Below are positions 22,759 to 32,106 of a DNA stretch of 32,106 nt, piece after piece (positions within the stretch are counted from its first letter, which is position 1; the number at the start of each line of letters is the position of its first letter). Origin of the DNA: Octopus bimaculoides (Eukaryota); the NCBI RefSeq assembly GCF_001194135.2, contig NC_068983.1, positions 161,805,841 through 161,837,946 on the forward strand, in the 5' to 3' direction. Under the pieces are notes generated by a model that saw only the letters and a list, made by a program, of their open reading frames with translations, did no database searches and was not told where the DNA came from. The position numbers and the translations under genes were made by a program.

Positions 22759-23155
22759 GTGTGTGTGTGTGTATAGAGAGAGAGAGACCATAGTGTACGT
22801 ACTCTGCTATATTTTTTTTATATATAAAAAATACAAAAATGGGACAAGAACGCAAAACATCCTGATAGATGATACAAAGAAAACAAGGACAGGTCATTCG
22901 GAGTTTTCTATCCTCAGTCAAGTTCCAGATTATCTTTGCAATTTCGGTTGGTTATACTCGAGATTGCTCCAATCTGGCCAGCCCCAAGGAAAAACTAAGC
23001 TAAAAGCATTACATTTCTTGGAAGAAAGCAGCGAATGTATTTGAAAACAAGGACGGGAAAAAAACCCGGAGAAATGTTACACATCTCATTCTGTTGATTN
23101 NNNNNNNNNNNNNNNNNNNNNNNNNNNNNNNNNNNNNNNNNNNNNNNNNNNNNNN

Positions 23156-23187
<32 letters not shown>

Positions 23188-23262
23188 ACATGTATACATA
23201 CACACATACAAACATATATATACATACATACAAACACATACATACAAACACATACATATTTA

Positions 23263-23389
23263 ATATTTAGCAAGTGTAAAAGACTGACTCAAGAGCCAAG
23301 AGTTTCGTCCATTAGCATTTACCAACATGATAAGTGTTAGCACACAAAAGTCTCAGCCCTTGAGTTCCTCTGTTACTTCTGCTAAATAT
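23263..23389. mobile_element. Palindromic MITE-like element, relative of 19332-19447
   Basis: atatttagca...tgctaaatat outer IR, gactcaagagc / gcccttgagtt inner IR, shared ctctgttacttctg. Confidence 0.6.
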
Positions 23390-23445
23390 CTATCTATCTC
23401 CGTTATTAAGCAAGGGAAGTAGTGTTAAATTAAAATAGACATCTG

Positions 23446-24019
23446 TGTATCATACTTAATGTAAATACATCGCAAAAAAGTAAATTGCGATATTCACCCG
23501 GAGACGATATCCCTTATGAGCATGCTATGTTTAAAAACACCGAAATATACCAGTAGCAGACGAAAATCTTCTGGCAGCGGCGTTGAGAATATTAGAGGCA
23601 TGTTTCTGCCTCTTTGCTCCTTGTCAGTAGGATGTACTCATGCCGACTACATGCTGAGAAAAAAACCATTGCTGCTAATACAGGCTATTTTAATCTAATA
23701 TTGCTTCTGTTGGAATGGACTTTTATTTCTTTGGGCTGCTGCTTGCAACCCTGGTAATTATTCAATTACTGTTTCCTTATATATGTAGCAACGGATCTTC
23801 TCTTAGAATGTAGTTGCCAGTGAATATATGCTGCTGACGAAACCCAACGAAGTCGGAATGCGCACCAAACATTATCACCGCCGCCGCTTGAATATTTTTG
23901 TGTGCTACTGATATACGTTGGTGTTTTTATTCAGAGAACGGTCATTTGAGATAGTATCACCGGACGAATACCGCAGTATATTTGCTATTTCACGATATAC
24001 TTACATTAAGTATGATACA
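23446..24019. mobile_element. Old foldback/MITE-like element with ~240-bp imperfect inverted arms and a ~90-bp spacer
   Basis: Perfect 19-bp terminal IR tgtatcatacttaatgtaa / ttacattaagtatgataca; arms 23446-23684 and 23775-24019 align along their length. Confidence 0.8.
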
Positions 24020-24024
24020 TACGT

Positions 24025-24027
<3 letters not shown>

Positions 24028-24078
<51 letters not shown>
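24028..24078. repeat. (AG)n microsatellite
   Basis: Read directly. Confidence 0.95.
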
Positions 24079-24081
<3 letters not shown>

Positions 24082-24890
24082 ACAGACATAGAATCAGGCG
24101 GACGGATGGAAGGATAGGCACACAGACAGACGGACAGACAGCTAGATAAATAGATCCATACACAGATTAATAGACGTACACATACATACATACATACACA
24201 GGCAATAAGCTTTTGTATAAAGAATGTATGTATATATTTTGATAATGATTTTCATTTCCATACAAGGCCAGAAATCCCAAGGGGATGGCGACAACTGTTG
24301 GATAATTTACGTCTAATACAAGCTGGGAAATTTATTGATCCCAGAGAAATGATTTAAAGGCTTATGATCCGGCACGACACTGTTGTTACTAACCACTTAT
24401 TGTCTCTATTCCACTGTAGTTAAAGAAAACTTCTAGCTGAAGCCGTTGACTTTATTTAATATAGTTTCTTTATTGGAAATCTCGAAGGGAAGGGCATAAA
24501 CAAAGCCCATGCATGATCATTATGTTGTGTGAGCATGATAAGTTAATATTTCATTTAGTTATGGCTTCTGCATGTAAAGATGTGGAAAACGTGACACAAC
24601 TTTTAATGTCGAAGATAAAGATTTTAAAAAGAAGTGGGTGTATGTTTCTTAGAATTATCATTTAATGAGACGAAAGACGGGGAATAACTATAAACCTCAG
24701 AAACCTTCACAGACTTAAGAGGTTCATTGTTATGCTTAAAATATTTCAGCAAAGAGTGGAAGTTCTAGAGTGTTGTAGAAAAAGTGTTGGTGATGGATCG
24801 TTAGGGATGGTGATTGTGGAGGAGATGTATCGAATAAGATTGGATGCAGCTAGTTATCACGTGGCTCATTGAGAGGAATAAAAACATTAA

Positions 24891-25057
24891 TCTCTTTATT
24901 GCCCACAAGAGGCTAAACATAGAGGGGACAGACAAAGAGATTAAGTCGATCACATCGACCCCAGTGCGTAATTGGTATTTATCTAATCGAACCCGAAAGG
25001 ATGAAAAGCAAAGTCGACCTCGGCGGAATTTGATCTCAGAACATAAAGACAGACGAA
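24891..25057 (-). mobile_element. SINE family B copy (alternative 3' tail), head split by the element at 25058-25612
   Basis: Aligns to the family B head and core; about 18 bp of the head (cagacgaaatactgctag) resumes at 25613-25630. Confidence 0.85.
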
Positions 25058-25612
25058 GGATCTATTTTAAAACGGGGGCCACATTTTTCATTAATGTTTT
25101 ACGTAGTGTTTTTGGTACGGAAAGACTTTCAAACTTCGTATACTTATCTATTTTGTGTTATAGAACAGAAAAATATTTTTGTATTCGAATTTATTTCATG
25201 TAAAAAAATTGTCTTATTTCGATCATTTCAACTAATCACTGACAAGTATTCAGTTGTTTACATTTACTCCTTTGGCTGATTAAGCGATGTAAAGCGTATT
25301 TAATCTCCATACCTTCGTTTTATTTGCTTTTTTCATTTTAAATTTGCTTTAACCCTAACCCTANNNNNNNNNNNNNNNNTCAGAATCGTTAGTTTATGTA
25401 GTCGGCACTTAATGTATATCGGCTGAATGGACGTCAGTGATTGGTTGAAATTACAGAAATACGACAACTTTAACATGGAATAACTTATGGATTTCTTTTT
25501 TTTTAAAGAAGACTAAGAGAAAAAGATGTTTTATATGACACATTCTACCAGTGTTCCAAGTTTCAAAGTGTTTCGTTAATGAAAAATGTGGCCCCCGTTT
25601 TAAAAAAGATCC
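25058..25612. mobile_element. Non-autonomous DNA transposon with GG termini, long imperfect TIRs and an 8-bp TSD
   Basis: 37-bp terminal IR ggatctattttaaaacgggggccacatttttcattaa / ttaatgaaaaatgtggcccccgttttaaaaaagatcc (1 mismatch); TSD cagacgaa at 25050-25057 and 25613-25620; looser arm similarity for ~200 bp. Confidence 0.88.
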
Positions 25613-25635
25613 CAGACGAAATACTGCTAGTATGG

Positions 25636-25675
<40 letters not shown>

Positions 25676-26677
25676 AAGTGTTGGTGAATGAGGCTTTGCC
25701 AATCAGTTGGGTGGTCTTTGGGGTTAAAATTACAATAAACTATCCCAGACATGAACAGTGGCCGCTTTTCAAATGTGGCTTGTTATTATTATAGGTTATT
25801 GATTTGTTAGCCAATGATGAGTTATGCTTGAACTCCCTTTTGTTTCCGAAGGATCAATCAATGGATTTAATGCATAATATTAAACAAATACTAATGATAT
25901 TCTATCTCTGTTCATGTTTATCCTTTTGACGAAGTGTTAGATTTCATTCTTACCAGTGTCCTGTCCATTGCCCACAGCACATGACTGGTGAATGCTATAT
26001 ATAATTATAGATGTACCTCTAATGGACAAAGAAATCAAAGTGTACGACATCGATCTTAGAATGTAAGACATTGATTTTGCATCGTGTGTACCAAGGACAC
26101 TGGTGTATATTGATAAAAAAATAATCGGGAAAGGTTTCAGACAAACACAACGTCACAAGTTTACAATAAATGCAGATGTTTTATTATCATCGTCAATCGA
26201 TTTGATGTTTCACTGAAACACTAAATGTCCTGTTACCAAACAAGAAATATCTATAAATCTATCAAGAACTAAAACGAAATGAAATAAAATAAAGTTATTT
26301 CTTTAAAAAATTACATAAGATTAAATTCGATATTGATACAAACACACTTCAGTTTTTTTGTTTTTTTTTGGAGACCAGCTTACTGAGTTAAGCAGTTCAG
26401 TGTTTATAACTTTCTTACGATAGCAACATTTCTGCCTCGACCATTTATATCTTTTCCCCCTTATCGTATTAAATAATGACATTTCTAGATTACTGTTGAA
26501 TACGTTGCTTGTTTATCCTTTTATCTATTTTTGTGACTGCTTCAGGCGAGAACGACATTTCAGACATTCCACAGTTAAATCTCTTCTCTAAGGAAATGTC
26601 TGCACCATCAAGTGTTTATTTTAATTCAAAAACAGTGGTTTATTTGTCTTTAATAATATCAAACACGGAATACAGTG

Positions 26678-26873
26678 AGAGCTTACAGAATCGTTAGCAT
26701 GCCGGACTAAATGCTTAACGGCATTTCGTCCGTCTTAACGATCCGAGTTCAAATTCCGCCGACGTCCACTTCGCGCTTTCATCCTTTCGGGGTCGATAAA
26801 ATAAGTACTAGTAGAGTACTGGAGTCGATGTAATCGACTTATACCCACCCCCGAAATTACTGGCCTTGAAACC
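26678..26873 (+). mobile_element. SINE family B, near full length
   Basis: gagcttacagaatcgttagc (A-box-like), gagttcaaattcc (B box), ctttcatcctttcggggtcgataaaataagtactag core, tail cccccgaaattactggccttgaaacc. Confidence 0.88.
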
Positions 26874-26961
26874 AATAATATTAAGCATTTGAGTTTTCGC
26901 ACAGTCATTACTGATAGTTTCAAAGAGATTATTGAAAGTAAAACTATATTTTTGTAACAAT

Positions 26962-27309
26962 TCTTTTATTCTTTTACGTGTTTCAGTCATTTGACTGCAG
27001 CCAGGCTGGAGCACCGCCTTTAGTCGAACAAATCGACCCCAGGACTTATTCTTTGTAAACCTAGTACTTATTCTATCGGGGACATACACACACCAGCATC
27101 GGTTGTCAAGCGATGGTGGAGGGACAAACACACACACATATATTATACGACAGGCTTCTTTCAGTATCCGTCTACCAAATCCATTCACAAGACTTTGGTC
27201 AACCCAAGGCTTTAGTAGAAGACACTTGCCCAAGGTGCCACGCAGGGGGACTGAACCCGGAACCATGTGGATGGTAAGCAAGCTACTACTACACAGCTAT
27301 TCCTGCGCC
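26962..27309 (-). mobile_element. SINE family A with an internal deletion
   Basis: Tail to head ending tcctgcgcc; lacks the ttttgccgaaccgctaagtt segment present in other copies. Confidence 0.92.
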
Positions 27310-29152
27310 TTAATGTACAAATTAATAAAATATTAGACTGGTTGACTGGTCTTATTTTATGATCTTCCGCATATTTGATATACTTCTGGCCATTTCACTG
27401 CCAGAACTTTTCTAAACTGTTGCTTGTTTAATATTCGTGTCCCATTTGATCAGCCACTGTAAACATTTTTCAACTGAAACGAAGCAATAATCGCGAGAAG
27501 TCGGAATTTGAAGATATATTTACAAGAATATCTTTTTAGAGTCTGGCTTCTGCCTATTACTTCGGTACCAATGCCAATTTGAATACAGCTTTATAAACTA
27601 AATTTCATAATGACTAGACAGTTTGAAGGAAAAACGAAATAGAGTTAAACAAGCCATTACTTTATTCTGACTTCAATAACTGATATTACATAGAGAGCAG
27701 CCATTTTTAGTAGAAAGTGGGTTTATACATCTTTAGATTGTATACCTGACTTTCTACTATAAAATTAAAGAAATAGACGGAACGCTGAACTCCAGACTAA
27801 ACAACTTAAACAACATTTATTTACTTAGTAAAACATACATATCTTAATTATACATCTTTAGAGGTGAGAATAACGAGCTGTCGAGTATAAGACCGAAAGA
27901 TGTAGAGACAGCTTTAAACACACGTCCATGCTCAATCGCTGGCCAGCGTGAAAGAAAATGAATTGAGCGGGAAACGCTTGCTTTATTAATTCTACGCATG
28001 CGCAGGCGTTACTACACATTGTAAATAGATCGGCTTAAGTACTTGTTTATAAATAATTCCAAGAAGTTGGGAGGTCAAATATTCTTGGCAAGAAGAGATT
28101 CGCAAGATGTTTTGACGTCGTTTGTTTTAGAATTACTATTTAGGAATGGTTAAGAGTTCTTCGATAAATTCAGAAAAGTTTTCTTGGCCTAAAAATCTTA
28201 GAGTATCCTTGGATCTTTAAGAACCTAATGAGGAACTGTTTTTTTTTTTTTTTGTAAGGAATTCAATAGAAAATAGGTAATATGAGAAATTTGCTTTTTA
28301 TTTTCAGGAACCCTTTTTTATCGGATTATACACAAGGTGTCTATGTACGCGCGCGCAAAACACACACACCTGCCCACTATTATTTATCTATTGATTGAGT
28401 CGGAACCCTATGTCTATGCTGGCCATGACCACCACTATAAATTGGAAGTGATGTGTATACAATGTTTATACTGCAAAACGGTTAATTAAGTAAGTTTAAT
28501 TAATCATCCTTTGTAAACAATTCTCGTAAAAATACAACACGTATTTTCGGCTGTTAAGACCCTTTTATATACTCTTCGTCTAGGTTTATCTCCAAAACGT
28601 ACACGTCCGACAAGTTTACCAATTTTATATATTAGCAATATTGAACACATCAGATTTATATTCAAAAGCATTTTGGTAGACTTTCACTCATCCTCATCGT
28701 CGTAATATTGAATTTATTTGAAACTGCCAATATTATTTTCAATAATTGACATTTCATGGACCTATTAACTTGCAAAAAAACAGGAAACAAGCTTTTCAAA
28801 CGATGCGTGGGTGTGCATATACTTGCGAGTGGATTGAGATCATATGGCTTTAATTACACAAAAATGTTCTTTGACTTAGTTTTATGTTACGACCTCTTTA
28901 ATTGCTAACCTTAAATTGACTATATATAATAAATACTTTTAACTGAATACACAAATATTTCTGTTTCTAAACTATTTTGAGTTTTTGTTAGCCTTTTGTA
29001 GCAGACAATAATTTCATCTCTATTTCTACATTTAGGAGAATATTTTCATTACTCCCCGCACCTCATCCGTTATTTTGCTAAAGGACTGTCGACATTTACA
29101 CACGACGCGGAAACACACATTCTTATATAGATGCTGTACATCTCTTCCCCCA

Positions 29153-29154
<2 letters not shown>

Positions 29155-29242
<88 letters not shown>
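29155..29242. repeat. (CT)n(AT)n compound microsatellite
   Basis: Read directly. Confidence 0.95.
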
Positions 29243-29248
<6 letters not shown>

Positions 29249-29899
29249 GCACACACACACATATATATATAAACAAATAACAACAGATGTGTTTATCATT
29301 CATCTTAGCAAGAACCCGCAGTTCGCTTGAATCTGGAACCTGTTGAGTGCAATACAAAAGGTGCAGTGTTTGTACCCATGTGCAACCTTGAGACTCGTTG
29401 TATATTCAGTCAGCCATTTGTGATTGTACACACAACCGAAGTAGAAATCCTGTTCACAAGGACCTGATTCGCTTGAATCCTGAAATTGTGTGTGTGTGTG
29501 TTGAAGTAAAGTATGCAGTATTAAAAAGGTCCATACAGCCGATCTTACCAATTGGTTTCGCACAGCAGGTATAGAAAAAAACTGTTTGTGGATGTTGTGA
29601 AGAAAACGAAACACAAACTCGGAGGAGAATTGAGTGAAGAATTTATCAAGAGTTATGTTCCTTGGCCCAAAGAAAACCCGAGTTGTGATGCAACAAGAGT
29701 CTGATGGGTAAATATGTGTGTAGGGAGATTGGAGAAGGTAACTGGGCGAGTACCCAAACCTTTAACCACAGAAGGAGGCCAATGAGCCACATTAGGAGAG
29801 CCTTCGGAATCACTCTTTGCTGCAAAAGTACAACAAGGAGCAGAAGTACAAGGTTTATCTAATTTAATATAATGGGTTTTTATCTGTCTCTAACGAGGG

Positions 29900-31300
29900 A
29901 TTTATTGCATAGGACACTAGATTTTGTAGATCATCCGGGTTTCACAATCATACAATAAAACCGAGATCACACTAGTTTTGTAGGTGGATAATGTGTGCCT
30001 AATCTTATCCAGTATTGTGACCAAAGTCTGCTTTCCAGATTTCCAAAATCTGTTGAAGCCTTCTTCATTCTGTCCAAGATCTCTTCAAACTTGCATCATC
30101 TCACAACACACTTCCCAGATAAGTAAAAGACTTCACCTTTAATTCTTCATTGGTTTAACATAAGATTTTCCACGTGCAACCTGCAACATAACTTCTGCTT
30201 TCTTCAAATTCATATCCAAGACAAAAACTTTGCATGCAGAAATTATCATCATACAAATAGTTCCTTAACAAAAGATTCAAACACCTTAGATTTACAGTAA
30301 ATCTTGCAATGTTGGACAATCTTCCCGTTATTCTAAAATTGATGAGCCAGTGCCACTGGACTGGCTCCTGTGCAGGTAGTATGTAAAAAGCACTATGCCC
30401 TCGTGCCGGTGGCACGTAAAAGCACCCACTACACTCTCGGAGTGGTTGGTGGTAGGAAGGGCATCCAGCTGTAGAAACTCTGCCAGATCAGATTGAAGCT
30501 TGTTGCAGCCATCTGGCTTGCCAGTCCTCAGTCAAATTGTCCAACCCATGCTAGCATGGAAGGCAGACGTTAAATGATGATGATGATGATGATTACCTTT
30601 GAATACTACGATGAATATTGCTGTTAAGAGCAAATAATGTTGGTGCAAGAATGTCTCAGACAAATTACCATTAAAGTAAACTCTCGCCTTCATGTTGTTA
30701 TGCAAAGATCTGTAAACTTGTTAGGACAACCAACTTCTTTAACACATCCCATAGCATTGGCCTGTTGATTGTGACAAATGCTTTGGTGAGATCTTGAAAG
30801 CATTGTAACAAGTTAAGATTTTACTCAATACACTGTTTCTGAATTTGTCGTAAAGAAAACATCATGTTGCTAGTTCTTCTTTGTGCTCTAAAACTACAAT
30901 GTATTGCTTGGAGAATGTCATTTCCCATTATGGATATGAATCTGTTCAGCAAAACTCTTGCGAAAATTTTGGCCACTACAGTAAGCAAAGAGATATCGCA
31001 AACATTTTCGCACTCAGATTTCTCACTCTTCTTTAACAGGGACATCAAGATTGCATCTCTCCAGTCGTGATGTGTTGAGGAATTCCATGCATTAGAGATA
31101 ACCTTTTCGGTTTTTTTCCCTCACATTTCAGTATCTTTGCAGGTCCATCCATGCCTGGTGATTTCTTGTTGATCATTTGTGCTTAGGACTTCACTGACTT
31201 CTTCCTGATTTGGGGCTTCTTCTAAATATTTCTTTAATGGCTGCCACTTAATATCATCAAAGGATAACTCCGAGGACAAAGAAGTAAGAACCCATAGTAT
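29900..31300 (-). mobile_element. Heavily decayed RTE-clade (BovB-like) LINE RT region, interrupted by a younger RTE tail
   Basis: ISLLTVVAKIFARVLLNRF..HCSFRAQRRTSNMMFSLRQIQKQCIE, DLTKAF, NFRITGRLSNIARF, FTYLGSV, KKASTDFGNLESRLW and VLLYDCET recovered across frameshifts. Confidence 0.75.
30344..30593 (+). mobile_element. RTE LINE 3' UTR fragment with (GAT)n tail
   Basis: gccagtgccactggactggctc...ggaagggcatccagctgtagaaactctgcca...cccatgctagcatggaaggcagacgttaaatgatgat; same family as the tail at 14468. Confidence 0.88.
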
Positions 31301-31309
31301 AGTAGAAGC

Positions 31310-31715
31310 CATAGCCACTCATAATAAAAAGCTGTACTGGTGGAATGCCCCAGGGAAGTCCTCAATAAAATATAAGGACAACAAACCCGATATAATGATT
31401 TGGGATAGAGAAGAGAAATGGTGTACAGTTGTGGAAATTAGCTGCCCAGCAGATGTTAACATAAAGCTGAAGATTAATGAAAAAGAGAACACCTATGCTG
31501 AACTATTGAGAAATCTGCAGTTAATCTATCCAGATTATAAGTTCAGATCTATACCTGTAATTATTGGGGCCCTGGGATATGTAACACACTGCCTAAATAC
31601 CAATCTTGAGAAATTAGGCTTCTTAAAACCAGAAAGGTGAAAGCTGATTCAGATCTATTCTATCACTGGAACTGTGAGAATCTGTAAAACTTTCTAGAAG
31701 TTTATCATTTAAATA
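31310..31715 (+). mobile_element. RLE-type LINE 3' fragment, third divergent family
   Basis: YWWN...DNKPDIMIWDREEKWCTVVEISCPADVNIKLKINEKENTYAELLRNLQ..IPVIIGALG (PD..E..K RLE domain). Confidence 0.8.
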
Positions 31716-31758
31716 TATATGAGCATGTCTAGATATGTAACTATATGGTCTTAAGAGT

Positions 31759-32106
31759 ATGAAGACCAGGAAAGCCCCCGGCCCATCAGGAATCACTGCA
31801 GAGATGCTCAAAATATCTGGCAGTGTTGGCTATAGCCTAGTCACCCGTATTACGAACCAGGTGATACACGAAGGAGTCATACCCAATGACTGGTGTAGCA
31901 GCATCATAGTCAACTGCTACAAAGGTAAAGGTGACGCTTTAGATACAAATAATTACAGAGGCATCAAGCTGTTAGATCAGGTTATGAAAGTTACAGAGAG
32001 GGTCATAGCCCAACTAATTAGGGAGCGAATCAATTTAGATGAGATGCAGTTTGGGTTTGTGCCAGGTAAAAGCACTACTGATGCCTTATTTCTAGTGAGA
32101 CAGTTG
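31759..32106 (+). mobile_element. RTE LINE RT N-terminal region, open reading to the window edge (116 codons)
   Basis: MKTRKAPGPSGITAEML...IPNDWCSSIIVNCYKGKGDALDTNNYRGIKLLDQVMKV...MQFGFVPGKSTTDALFLVRQL; same family as the element at 14468-16436; absent from the track because no stop falls inside the window. Confidence 0.93.

Noticed and set aside
23715-23813. MDFYFFGLLLATLVIIQLLFPYICSNG signal-peptide-like short ORF
   Set aside because: Lies in the spacer and arm of the foldback element, stops after 32 codons, and T-rich DNA gives hydrophobic peptides by chance.
25381-25392. cagaatcgttag matching the SINE B head inside the foldback element
   Set aside because: Only 12 bp and in the wrong orientation to be the missing head of the host SINE.
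26011-26062. Possible 52-nt micro-exon (tag|AT...AT|gtaaga; VPLMDKEIKVYDIDLR)
   Set aside because: No polypyrimidine tract, no homology recognised and no phase-matched neighbour; such signals occur by chance.
1-32106. CRISPR array or prokaryotic defence system
   Set aside because: No regularly spaced repeats with unique spacers and no operon-like ORFs; the sequence is animal repeat-rich DNA.

Overview
Eukaryotic, AT-rich, microsatellite-dense scaffold DNA with seven N gaps (550-1091, 8144-8431, 14761-15330, 15979-16121, 20836-21206, 23100-23155, 25364-25379). The repeat repertoire resembles an octopod cephalopod genome; this is inferred from recalled repeat families, not from a search. No intact host gene, rRNA, true tRNA or CRISPR array is supportable. 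The window is a nest of decayed transposable elements: about 9 copies of a tRNA-headed CORE-type SINE (family A), 4 copies of a second SINE (family B), several RTE-clade LINE pieces, three divergent RLE-type (R4/Dong-like) LINE 3' fragments, Penelope-like remnants (GIY-YIG fragment and decayed hammerhead-like motifs), a DD37D Tc1/mariner split by an RTE insertion, a hAT transposase relic, two hAT MITEs with 8-bp TSDs, and several foldback elements including a 283-bp near-perfect palindrome. Most long ORFs in the track are artefacts of N runs or microsatellites. I see no clearly new biological system; the best leads are the palindrome, the hammerhead-like motifs, a SINE-head/LINE junction and a GG-ended foldback element with a telomere-like centre. 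All alignments and counts were done by eye and element boundaries are approximate.
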